From a virus: a DNA stretch of 64,000 nt. The position numbers were made by a program, and so were the translations under genes. The stretch spans positions 1-64,000 of the IMG/VR virus record IMGVR_UViG_3300023184_000093. One strand, given 5' to 3'. Under the pieces are notes generated by a model, which was given only the letters and a program-made list of their open reading frames with translations, searched no databases and had not been told where the DNA came from. Below, piece by piece: positions 51,229 through 59,811 of the stretch (position 1 is the first letter of the stretch; each line of letters begins with the position of its first letter).

Positions 51229-51379
51229 ATTTTTCTCCTGTTGTTAAAATATTGTAGCGACTCAGTAGTTCTACTAATATACTTATCTATTTTATGCTGC
51301 AACCGCACAATTTACAAGTCTTTATTTTTCCAAACATCTATGTTACAATCTACTAAATATCAATAACAAGGATAACATC

Positions 51380-51679
51380 TTGAAAAAAGCAACTCGTAGT
51401 CTATTAGAAGAACTTAATTCCATATCGGAAAAGAAAAACAGTGAAGCCATAATTGAAGCTAGGGCTACACATGTTATTGACAGTGCAATCAATCTATTAG
51501 CACTTATTAAGGAAAACTTCTCCACAGAAGATGCTTATGAATTAGAACGTAGACTAATTAATAGCATTAAAGGCGGTGATCCTGCCAAATTTACCCGTAG
51601 TATACGTAGGTTAAGAGATAACAAAGAAACCGCTAAACATTTAATTGTTATAGAAGGTGATGTTAAAAACGACGATTAA
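51380..51679 (+). CDS. Conserved hypothetical phage protein
   Basis: TTG start with AAGGA SD and TAAATA (51354-59); TRSLLEELN...LERRLINSIK..DP.KF.R. Confidence 0.7.
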   Translation: MKKATRSLLEELNSISEKKNSEAIIEARATHVIDSAINLLALIKENFSTEDAYELERRLINSIKGGDPAKFTRSIRRLRDNKETAKHLIVIEGDVKNDD

Positions 51680-51769
51680 TAAACCATTTGGTTAATTTTT
51701 TTCTAATTGAGATAAATAAAAACATAAAGAGTTCCATGGGGGAGCTCAAACAAATTAGGAGATTTTAAA

Positions 51770-52171
51770 ATGGCAACAATTAATAGAGTTCACGGCCAAA
51801 CTAGTGCCGGAGCATTTTTTGGTTATACACCAATGGCAGTTAGAGTTAATTACTCTGGTAAATTTACAGCTGATAGCGTTAACGGTACAACAGGCGCAAT
51901 TACAGACGGTGGTTATACAATTGCACGTAGAGTAATTCAAACATTTGGTAGCATTGTATGGTTAGGTGCTCGTACTGATGACGACTACATTTTTGTAATC
52001 GTTGATCAACCAACTTTCAACACAGGTGATGGTACTGGTGGTCAAGGTGCAACAACTGGCTTTGGTGCTTTAAAAACAGCATTGCAAGCAGCATTAGGCG
52101 GAACTACTTCCTCATACACAACTGTATCTGGAACATCTATCACCAATCAAGGTGCATTCACATTAGCTTAA
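51770..52171 (+). CDS. Probable abundant virion protein (head decoration-like)
   Basis: Own TAAATA, strong AGGAG SD and its own terminator. Confidence 0.6.
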   Translation: MATINRVHGQTSAGAFFGYTPMAVRVNYSGKFTADSVNGTTGAITDGGYTIARRVIQTFGSIVWLGARTDDDYIFVIVDQPTFNTGDGTGGQGATTGFGALKTALQAALGGTTSSYTTVSGTSITNQGAFTLA

Positions 52172-52186
52172 TATCTAATTAAGTGA

Positions 52187-52218
52187 GAAGAAAGGGAGTT
52201 TCGAACTCCCTTTTTCTT
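52187..52218 (+). terminator. Intrinsic terminator
   Basis: AAAGGGAGT-ttcga-ACTCCCTTT followed by a T-rich run. Confidence 0.85.
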
Positions 52219-52258
52219 TGAGTAAATTTACTAAATATAAACATTGAGGAGATAGAAA

Positions 52259-52672
52259 ATGGTAGGAATAACAAAAACACATGAGACATTAGTTGCACCA
52301 GCGTATAAGAATGGTGTAACATTACAATTTGTAACTATCTCATTTCCAAATGTAGATTTAACAGCAAAATTAGGAAGAGTAAACGGTGTACAAAGCCCAG
52401 TGGTGCAAGCACTAGATGCTATTGCTCAACTAGCCAGTATTGAAATTATTGGTACTCCAAGATATGCTACTACTACAACATTGAGTATTGCTTGTGCAGC
52501 ATTAGGTGGTGCATTTGGTACAGCAGACTATGATGGTGATCATGATGTTGAAACATTTTCGGTTGCTTGCCAACAAGCAATAGTTGCAATTGCTACTAGC
52601 ACAGGATCGTTACAAGGGTATGATAATACTAATACTACAGTAGCAGCAGAAATACGCGGTGTTGCTCTTTAA
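52259..52672 (+). CDS. Probable abundant virion protein, similar in size and composition to 51770..52171
   Basis: Own TAAATA (52232-37), GAGGAG SD and its own terminator. Confidence 0.6.
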   Translation: MVGITKTHETLVAPAYKNGVTLQFVTISFPNVDLTAKLGRVNGVQSPVVQALDAIAQLASIEIIGTPRYATTTTLSIACAALGGAFGTADYDGDHDVETFSVACQQAIVAIATSTGSLQGYDNTNTTVAAEIRGVAL

Positions 52673-52691
52673 AATTAATTAAAGAATAAAG

Positions 52692-52718
52692 AAGGAAGTT
52701 TTTTAACTTCCTTTTTTT
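52692..52718 (+). terminator. Intrinsic terminator
   Basis: AAGGAAGTT-tttt-AACTTCCTT followed by a T-run. Confidence 0.8.
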
Positions 52719-52747
52719 ACGACATAAATATATTATATAGGTATATT

Positions 52748-53173
52748 ATGCAAACCATTGAAATAAAAACTTTAATAGATATAACAAACACCAATGTGTC
52801 TCGTCCCAACCAAGGCACACAACTTGAAATGGATCAACATAGAAACTTTACAACACTAAAACAATGTGCAGAACTTAGATCAATTATTTCTTATGATTTT
52901 TCACCTGAGCTGCAAGTAATAGATGTTAAAGATTTAGGATTTGGTTCTAAGTATAAAGGCAAACATGCTGTGTGGACTTTTAGATTTAGTCCTGATAGAT
53001 CAGGAGCCTATGCTAACGATGATAATGATATAGGATGTTTACTTGAAGATGTACATGGAGTTCCGGTTGTTGAAAAGTTAACTGAAACGATAAATATCGA
53101 GAAGGCCATTTTCGAACTAATAGATGCGTCTTCCAAGAATACAGTCATCAAGGCAATTAAAGGCACAATTTAG
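52748..53173 (+). CDS. Conserved hypothetical phage protein
   Basis: TLIDIT.T...Q..NF.TL.Q...LR; upstream TAAATA (52725-30). Confidence 0.7.
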   Translation: MQTIEIKTLIDITNTNVSRPNQGTQLEMDQHRNFTTLKQCAELRSIISYDFSPELQVIDVKDLGFGSKYKGKHAVWTFRFSPDRSGAYANDDNDIGCLLEDVHGVPVVEKLTETINIEKAIFELIDASSKNTVIKAIKGTI

Positions 53174-53216
53174 GCAATAAGTTGGAAATTCGTAAACCCT
53201 AAAGGAGAGTCCAGAG

Positions 53217-53537
53217 ATGGCCCGTGAAGCACTTGCTACCGTTCCCGAACGTGTTAGCGTATTAGAAACAAAAGTAGATAATATTGAAGAAAAGATTGAT
53301 GATCTTAAAGTAGATGTCAAGGAAATGCACGATTGTCTTGATAAGACACGTGATAGTATTATGGAACAACTTTCTGTAATGCATAAGGCCAATGTCGATC
53401 AACATAGTGATATGGCTGGTAAGATTAAAGCCCTTGAACAATTTAAAACAAAATGGGTTTATCTTAGTGCAGGAGCATTAGCAGCAGTAGGATGGATTAC
53501 AGGACATGCTGAAACATTACTAGGCATTTTAAAATAA
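53217..53537 (+). CDS. Coiled-coil protein with a C-terminal transmembrane segment (holin/XhlA-like architecture)
   Basis: Heptad ERVSVLETKVDNIEEKIDDLK followed by hydrophobic WVYLSAGALAAVGWI; AAGGAG SD. Confidence 0.55.
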   Translation: MAREALATVPERVSVLETKVDNIEEKIDDLKVDVKEMHDCLDKTRDSIMEQLSVMHKANVDQHSDMAGKIKALEQFKTKWVYLSAGALAAVGWITGHAETLLGILK

Positions 53538-53538
53538 T

Positions 53539-53901
53539 ATGCGTATATTGGAATTATTAGAAGCGGTACCAGTTGGGTCGAGTACACAACCAGCACCAGC
53601 ACCTGGAACAACTCCGCCAGCCGCACCTGCACCTGGAACACCACCAGCTACACCAGCACCTGGAGTACCTCCTACAGCACCAGCAACTGGAGCACCTCCG
53701 CCAGCCGCACCTGCACCTGGAACACCACCAGCTGCACCAGCAACTGGAGCACCTCCTACAGCACCTGCACCTAATCCTGCACTACAGCAAGGTATGAAAG
53801 ATACCATGACAGATCTTGACAAAATTGCAGCACAGATTGTAGCACTCAAACAACAACAACAGCAGATGCAGCAGCAAATGCAACAACCACCAAAAGTATG
53901 A
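53539..53901 (+). CDS. Pro/Ala-rich, Gln-tailed low-complexity protein, possibly an internal head protein
   Basis: MRILELLE start; [16 protein letters not shown] direct repeats. Confidence 0.65.
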   Translation: MRILELLEAVPVGSSTQPAPAPGTTPPAAPAPGTPPATPAPGVPPTAPATGAPPPAAPAPGTPPAAPATGAPPTAPAPNPALQQGMKDTMTDLDKIAAQIVALKQQQQQMQQQMQQPPKV

Positions 53902-54110
53902 AAATAGGTCAGTTATTATCAGGGATGCACATTGTTCTCACCAATGAAGAACAATCTTTTGTCCATAGACATAAAGATAATGTATCTATTACCAGTTTGG
54001 ATGAGCACGATTTATGGCTTGCTCAAAACCTTGTCCGCAAGGGAATTTACTCGATAAGTAAAGATAACCGAACAATGGTAAAAAAATTAGATGAAACAAC
54101 AACTACCTAA
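53898..54110 (+). CDS. Hypothetical protein
   Basis: 70 aa, coupled to its neighbours; LTNEE..F...LA.NLVRKG. Confidence 0.65.
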   Translation: MKIGQLLSGMHIVLTNEEQSFVHRHKDNVSITSLDEHDLWLAQNLVRKGIYSISKDNRTMVKKLDETTTT

Positions 54111-54564
54111 TGATGTTTATTCTGCAATAGAAAAACTCAGCAAAGACGCTAAATCAAAATTATTACAGCAAGGTGTAGTAGTGCCTATAAGAGGCAAAGA
54201 TGGTGTCATTAATGTAGGAAACTACGCAATTAAACGAAAAAAAGATGGGTTTTATTGCATTTTAGACTTTGAAAAAGAAGTAATTCTAGATAGAATTAAT
54301 CTTCCACAAACAGCAGCAGTAATAGCTAATAGACTAGCATTAGGCAAATATATTGATGATGTGGTTGTTGATGCTGATACAGGCTACGGATATTCATTGT
54401 TTAATGAAGAACTACATACTAAATTAGCTGACAAGAATATAAAAACTAAGATGATAGATCGTGCTGATGTTATGTATACTAAAGCTAAAATAGATAGGTA
54501 TAAGAAGGAACAACACCTGAAAACCGTAATGAGAAGTTTTAATAAACTTATGCAATTTAGCTAA
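54091..54564 (+). CDS. Hypothetical protein
   Basis: 157 aa ORF in the operon. Confidence 0.65.
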   Translation: MKQQLPNDVYSAIEKLSKDAKSKLLQQGVVVPIRGKDGVINVGNYAIKRKKDGFYCILDFEKEVILDRINLPQTAAVIANRLALGKYIDDVVVDADTGYGYSLFNEELHTKLADKNIKTKMIDRADVMYTKAKIDRYKKEQHLKTVMRSFNKLMQFS

Positions 54565-54594
54565 ATAATATTATCAATCTTTCCGGGATTAACT

Positions 54595-55953
54595 ATGAAA
54601 ACAAGTGATTTTAACTCTCCGCTAACAAGTGCCAAACTAAACGAAAACATGAACAAGATGTTCGGTGTACGAGTTAAGTTGGAAAACTATTCAAGAGAAC
54701 AGCTAGAAGATATGCGTAACAAATTACGCACCCGCGTTTTCCAACAAGAGGGTTCAGCAGGCATTAATGATTTGCTAACCAACGAAACATATCAAAAAGA
54801 CAAGGCCATGTTGGACTTGCTAAACACAAGGATTAAAGAAATGCTAGGCGAAGACATCAAAAAACTACGTGACAAAATGGATCAATTAAGCGAAGCTAAA
54901 AAAGGATCCAAGGGTACAATGGCTAACAAAGACTACGACAACGACGGCAGAATTGAAACAGGTAAAGCTGAAGTCATGGGTAGCCGTATGAAGGCTGCTG
55001 CTAAGGCCGGCAAACCATTCAAGGAAGCACAGGGGGACGATGCAAAAGCTCGTGTTGCTCAACAGCAGGCAGATCGAGATGATCCAATGAGCCCTAACTT
55101 TAAAGATACCAACAAAAAACCTAGTAGTGTTCGCCGAGTCCAAGGTACAAGCTATGGTAATCAAGCTCAAGAGAAAGAGAAAGACAAAGAGCTTGAAGAA
55201 GGCAAATCATGTTCAAAAGGTCATACTAAAATGACCAAAGGATGTAAAGAGTGTGCTGGTATGTATGAAGCCAAGAAATCTAAGCCAGATACAAATAACA
55301 ACAACATCCCTGACTATGCTGAAGATGGTAAAGGGCCAAACGATACAAAGAAAAAAGGTGCAGCACCTAAGAAAGGTGTAAACCCTTTTGCTAAAAAGAA
55401 AGTTAAAGAAGCCTTTAATTCCTTTAAGCACAACGTTCAATTTGTTAATGAAAGTTTAGGCTATCTATTACAAGAAGATGAAGAAGGTAAGGCTAAGGCC
55501 ATTACCGCAGCAGGTGATATGGTCAATGACTTTACCAGTTGGATGCAACGTGTTGGCCAATATCAAACTAAAACTATGATTGAATTAGCGGATGCTATCA
55601 AAGCAGACTTTGGAGCACAAGAAGCAGAAGCATTCAAAGCCACAGTTGGACCAGCATTGTCTGCTACACTTGAGACACTAACTCAACAACGTGAAGCAGT
55701 AAGTGCAGCAGTAGCAACATTGGCAGGCGAAGCTACACCTGACGCAGCAATGGGCATGGAACCAGAAATGCCTCCAGAGCCGGGTATGGATATCGGTGCT
55801 CCTGATGCAATGAATCCAGAACCAGCCGGTGATGAATTTGGTGGAGCGGATGCAGCAGCAGGTGCAGGAACAACCGGACGTGAAATGCGTGAAAGCAAGT
55901 TTGCTCGCAAATTGGCCGAATCACATAACATCATGGCTTCATTGGCAAAGTAA
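54595..55953 (+). CDS. Probable prohead core/scaffold-like protein
   Basis: Charged, low-complexity protein with many hydrophobic-X-E sites (LNE, LSE, LEE, VKE, VNE, LQE, MRE, LAE); upstream TAAATA. Confidence 0.5.
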   Translation: MKTSDFNSPLTSAKLNENMNKMFGVRVKLENYSREQLEDMRNKLRTRVFQQEGSAGINDLLTNETYQKDKAMLDLLNTRIKEMLGEDIKKLRDKMDQLSEAKKGSKGTMANKDYDNDGRIETGKAEVMGSRMKAAAKAGKPFKEAQGDDAKARVAQQQADRDDPMSPNFKDTNKKPSSVRRVQGTSYGNQAQEKEKDKELEEGKSCSKGHTKMTKGCKECAGMYEAKKSKPDTNNNNIPDYAEDGKGPNDTKKKGAAPKKGVNPFAKKKVKEAFNSFKHNVQFVNESLGYLLQEDEEGKAKAITAAGDMVNDFTSWMQRVGQYQTKTMIELADAIKADFGAQEAEAFKATVGPALSATLETLTQQREAVSAAVATLAGEATPDAAMGMEPEMPPEPGMDIGAPDAMNPEPAGDEFGGADAAAGAGTTGREMRESKFARKLAESHNIMASLAK

Positions 55954-56310
55954 ATGAAATTATTTGAAGTAGATCTTGGATCCGCAAGCGACATTCTGAG
56001 GATTCTACAAAGTAACGCTAACAAGCCAGGTTCTGCAGGAACAGGTCGGTCTTTGACTGTGCCTTTTACTGCAATGATTAATCTGTTAGATCGATTTGAT
56101 TTGGGTATTAGTACCATAGACGGTATACGTAAATGGGTCGAAACAGTTCCTGGCGCTAAAGCAGTTATTGACAGTGTGTTGGATGACGGATCTGTTATAG
56201 TTAAAACCGCAGCACAAAATCCCAATAAAGATAAAGCACAACAAGCAGGCGGTGCAAGTCCTGCAATTGATGCCATGGCATCTAAAAATGCCAAAACTAT
56301 AACCAAATAG
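55954..56310 (+). CDS. Hypothetical protein, possibly an internal head protein
   Basis: MKLFEV start; abuts the upstream stop. Confidence 0.65.
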   Translation: MKLFEVDLGSASDILRILQSNANKPGSAGTGRSLTVPFTAMINLLDRFDLGISTIDGIRKWVETVPGAKAVIDSVLDDGSVIVKTAAQNPNKDKAQQAGGASPAIDAMASKNAKTITK

Positions 56311-56339
56311 TTGCTATACTGATTGTCAAGTGTTATAAT
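56311..56339 (+). promoter_or_regulatory. Sigma70-type promoter with extended -10
   Basis: TTGCTA, 17-nt spacer, TATAAT with TG at -15/-14. Confidence 0.65.
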
Positions 56340-56348
56340 TAACACTAT

Positions 56349-57047
56349 ATGACAACAACTTACAATCCACCGCCTTTCGTTGAAAGATTTCAATATAAAA
56401 ATTGTGTACAGATCAATGATCCAATAACTCGAAAAAGAGTATACCGAACTCCAGACGGAGAAAAACTACCTAGCGTAACTACTATCTTAGGTGCTACTAA
56501 AGATCAAACGCATCTTAATGCATGGCGAGATCGTATCGGACACGATAAAGCACAACAAATTACCACAGAGGCAGCAGGGGTTGGTACTGCAATGCATGCC
56601 AATTTGGAACGTTTCTTAATTGGAGAACAACGTCAACCAGGGAGCAATCCAGTGCATGTACAGGCTAACAAAATGGCCGACATCATTATTGAAAACGGTC
56701 TTAGTAAAATGAGTGAAGTTTGGGCTATGGAACAAAGTCTTTACTTTCCTGGATTGTACAGCGGTACTACTGACTTGATCGGTATACACGAAGGTGAGCC
56801 GGCAGTTTGCGATCACAAACAAACTAATAAGCCTAAAAAGCTAGAATGGGTCGATGACTACTACATACAATTGATGGCGTATATACTAGCACATAATGAA
56901 GTATATGGAACTAATATACGTAAAGGTGTTATATTCATGTGTAGTAGAGATTTACAATATCAACAATTTACACTAGAACCTAAAGACTTTAACAAATGGC
57001 AAGACGCTTGGTTGAATAAAGTTGAAGAATATTATAAAATAATTTAA
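56349..57047 (+). CDS. PD-(D/E)XK exonuclease (Cas4/RecB/MGME1-like phage exonuclease)
   Basis: LPSVTTIL, GT.MH..LE, E..L....YSGTTD.......DHK and QL.AY motifs. Confidence 0.85.
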   Translation: MTTTYNPPPFVERFQYKNCVQINDPITRKRVYRTPDGEKLPSVTTILGATKDQTHLNAWRDRIGHDKAQQITTEAAGVGTAMHANLERFLIGEQRQPGSNPVHVQANKMADIIIENGLSKMSEVWAMEQSLYFPGLYSGTTDLIGIHEGEPAVCDHKQTNKPKKLEWVDDYYIQLMAYILAHNEVYGTNIRKGVIFMCSRDLQYQQFTLEPKDFNKWQDAWLNKVEEYYKII

Positions 57048-57058
57048 AGGAAATAATA

Positions 57059-57610
57059 ATGAAAACACATAGAACTCATTTCTATCATAAAATACAAGGG
57101 TGGCCAAATCAGCTACCACAAATTTATGCAGAAGCAGTAAAAATTGCCCCACAGTCGGGCGCACATTTTGTAGAAATTGGATGTTGGAAAGGAGCCAGTG
57201 CATCGGCAATGTGTGTAGAAATAATTAACAGTGGAAAAGAAATTAAATTTGATTGCGTAGATACATGGGGCGGAAGTGCAGATGACTCTACACCTATTGT
57301 ACATGATGATTCAGTTTATAATGAATTTTTAACAAATTTAGAATCTGTTACTGGTTATTTTAATCCTATAAGAATGCTTAGTACAGAAGCAGCAAACCTT
57401 TATCAAGATGAGAGTTTGGATTTTATATGTATTGATGCTTCGCATGATTACGAAAATGTAAAAGCAGATATATTAGCCTGGTTACCTAAATTGAAGTCTG
57501 GTGGGATACTTGCAGGGGATGATTATCCATATCCCGGAGTTGCAAAAGCAGTTCAAGAAATTTGTCCAGGTTATACTGGACAAATTGGCTGGTGGTGGAC
57601 AAAACCCTGA
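57059..57610 (+). CDS. Class I SAM-dependent methyltransferase (Methyltransf_24-like)
   Basis: VEIGCWKG.S, VDTW.GS and DFI.IDASHDYE.V..DI..W.P.LK.GG...GDDY motifs. Confidence 0.85.
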   Translation: MKTHRTHFYHKIQGWPNQLPQIYAEAVKIAPQSGAHFVEIGCWKGASASAMCVEIINSGKEIKFDCVDTWGGSADDSTPIVHDDSVYNEFLTNLESVTGYFNPIRMLSTEAANLYQDESLDFICIDASHDYENVKADILAWLPKLKSGGILAGDDYPYPGVAKAVQEICPGYTGQIGWWWTKP

Positions 57611-57660
57611 AAATTAACTAGCCCTTTCATGATAAATATCTCATAACGAGGGATATTATT

Positions 57661-59343
57661 ATGGCTGTGGTTGAAATTTCAAAAATTCAAGTACGTAGAG
57701 GACAAGAAAATCAAACTGGTATACCAGCATTAGCCGGTGGAGAATTTGGTTGGGCAGCCGATACTGAGCATTTATACATTGGCCTAAGAAGAGATGACGG
57801 CGGTGCTAGAGATGCTAATGTTAGAATTCTAACTGAAAATGATTTAATAGTATCAAATCTTTTTGATTCATCTATTGCGGCTAATTATACCTATCGTAAT
57901 GATACCGACCCTCCTATTACTGCTCATCCAACCACGGGTATTGCATTTGTAAGAGATATTAATAGAAAAATAGATGACTTTGTTAGTATTAGAGATTTTG
58001 GTATAATTGGGCAGGGTGGTGCTATTATTGAATCAGAATTGATTCAGGCTGCTATAGATCATTTATTTCTTGATCCATTAAAAAGTACCACATATTTTGG
58101 AACATATACTGCTAAGGTATTATATTTTCCAGCAGGTGTTTACAATATAGATCAACCTATACTTGTTCCAGGTTATACAACTATAGTAGGTGATGGAATT
58201 GGTAAAACTATTATTAATTTAAAAGCTACCAATAGTTCCGCTATTCAAACAATAGATGCAGATAAAAATGATATCTATACAAACAGGGTAACATTTGATA
58301 CAGGCAATATGTCCTCAGGACCTTCGCAGCCTAATTATCTGCATGTACAAGGATTAACTATACAGTATAGTACAGATATTGGTGTAGCTAATTGTTTACC
58401 TTTAGTAAGTTTAGATTGTTCTGAAAATGCTACGTTTAGAGATGTTAAATTTGCAGGCAATCATTATATAGGTGATAACATAGATGCAGGACACAGTGCT
58501 ATTACCATTAGAGGATATGCCGGTGCTGAAAATTTAACAGTATCATCTAATAATACATTAATTGATAACTGTGAATTTGATGGATTTTATCATTGTGTAA
58601 TATCAAATTTTGATATTGTAAATCCTGTTATACAAAATTCTCAGTTATATAATTCTGTAAGAGGAATTACATTCAATGATGAAGTCAACCCCGAGGCAAC
58701 AACTGGCCCTCGCGGTGCTCGTATCTTGAATAATAGATTTGTAAAAATTAATCAACAAGCTATATATGTTGGAGATAGTGCCAACGGTTATACTTCTGAT
58801 AATGTTATTATGAATAATCGTTTTTACAATGTAGGTAATCTTAACTATGGTAGAACTAGTACAACTGGTACCTCTGTGATTACATTAGGTAACGGTGATG
58901 TAAGCATGAACAATTGGTTTGATAGACAAGAATATCAAAATACAAAGTTTGGAGATACTCTGATTAATTATGTACCGCTTATTAGTGGTCCTGCTGTTGT
59001 TAATAATTTAGCAGTTAAAACTGCTTTTATAGATGCAGGGGCATCTACTATAATTAGATTACCCATAACTAAATTATCACAAAATTTAACTGTTAATTAT
59101 AAGTTAACTCAAGGTATTCCAGGAGCATATACTATTGATAGAATTGGAAAACTTAATATATATCTACAGCCAGGCGATACTCCAAATGATACCAATATTT
59201 TAGATGAATATACTTACATTGCTGGGGAAGGTGATATTCGATGGAGTGTGATAGTTGTTGCTGCACGTGCCTATTACGAACTAAGTATATTAACTTTGCT
59301 TAACGATCTTACACTAGAATTTCAAACTAACCTAATGATCTAA
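57661..59343 (+). CDS. Tail/baseplate protein with Mtd_N-like N-terminus and pectate-lyase-like beta-helix
   Basis: ISKIQVRRG....P.LAGGEFGWA.D...LYIG; VSIRDFG..G.G......IQAAID; LYFPAG.Y. Confidence 0.75.
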   Translation: MAVVEISKIQVRRGQENQTGIPALAGGEFGWAADTEHLYIGLRRDDGGARDANVRILTENDLIVSNLFDSSIAANYTYRNDTDPPITAHPTTGIAFVRDINRKIDDFVSIRDFGIIGQGGAIIESELIQAAIDHLFLDPLKSTTYFGTYTAKVLYFPAGVYNIDQPILVPGYTTIVGDGIGKTIINLKATNSSAIQTIDADKNDIYTNRVTFDTGNMSSGPSQPNYLHVQGLTIQYSTDIGVANCLPLVSLDCSENATFRDVKFAGNHYIGDNIDAGHSAITIRGYAGAENLTVSSNNTLIDNCEFDGFYHCVISNFDIVNPVIQNSQLYNSVRGITFNDEVNPEATTGPRGARILNNRFVKINQQAIYVGDSANGYTSDNVIMNNRFYNVGNLNYGRTSTTGTSVITLGNGDVSMNNWFDRQEYQNTKFGDTLINYVPLISGPAVVNNLAVKTAFIDAGASTIIRLPITKLSQNLTVNYKLTQGIPGAYTIDRIGKLNIYLQPGDTPNDTNILDEYTYIAGEGDIRWSVIVVAARAYYELSILTLLNDLTLEFQTNLMI

Positions 59344-59346
59344 AAT

Positions 59347-59781
59347 ATGTTTAACCAACCTGTTGATGCAAGACTAACAGAATGGATTGAACATAGGCGA
59401 GACTTAGACCAGAGCACTGAGCCATTACAGGCAGTTTGGGATTTCTGGCAATCCGCTCCGTTCATTCCACACAATAGAAATATTGATCCTTATCATCAGA
59501 AAAGCTGGCCAACCCCTTGGGAAATTATTGAAACAAATAGATATGACGATTTTACCAAGGCACTAATGATAAGTTGGACATTGAAATTGACAAAAAAATA
59601 TCAAAATAGTAAGATAGAACTCAAAACCCTTGTTGACTCTAATCGTACAAAAGAGTATAATGTTGTATGTGTAGATGATGCTTGGGTATTAAACTATAAT
59701 GATAATGGACCTGTTTCCGTTAAAGAATTAGCTAGTGGATTTAAACTTGAAAATCTAATTGAAGTTATAGGTCCCAGGTAA
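59347..59781 (+). CDS. Conserved hypothetical phage protein
   Basis: RL..W...R and W...P......DP.....WPTPWE motifs. Confidence 0.7.
   Translation: MFNQPVDARLTEWIEHRRDLDQSTEPLQAVWDFWQSAPFIPHNRNIDPYHQKSWPTPWEIIETNRYDDFTKALMISWTLKLTKKYQNSKIELKTLVDSNRTKEYNVVCVDDAWVLNYNDNGPVSVKELASGFKLENLIEVIGPR
59633..59661 (+). promoter_or_regulatory. Sigma70-type promoter for nrdA, inside the upstream gene
   Basis: TTGACT, 17-nt spacer, TATAAT. Confidence 0.6.
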
Positions 59782-59811
59782 ATATCACCTAAGACATAAA
59801 AAGGTATAAGA

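Larger units (their letters stand above)
2928..59784 (+). promoter_or_regulatory. Dispersed TAAATA late-promoter motif
   Basis: TAAATA just upstream of gene starts at 2928, 13632, 15452, 21187, 38059, 38928, 47915, 49711, 51354, 51713, 52232, 52725, 54562, 57633 and 59779; resembles the T4 gp55-dependent TATAAATA. Confidence 0.7.

Noticed and set aside
55683-56393. 236-aa minus-strand ORF
   Set aside because: It lies antisense to well-supported plus-strand genes and has no recognisable motifs.
56349-57047. Cas4-like nuclease as evidence of a CRISPR-Cas system
   Set aside because: No other cas genes or array, and no Fe-S cysteine cluster; stand-alone PD-(D/E)XK exonucleases are common in large phages.
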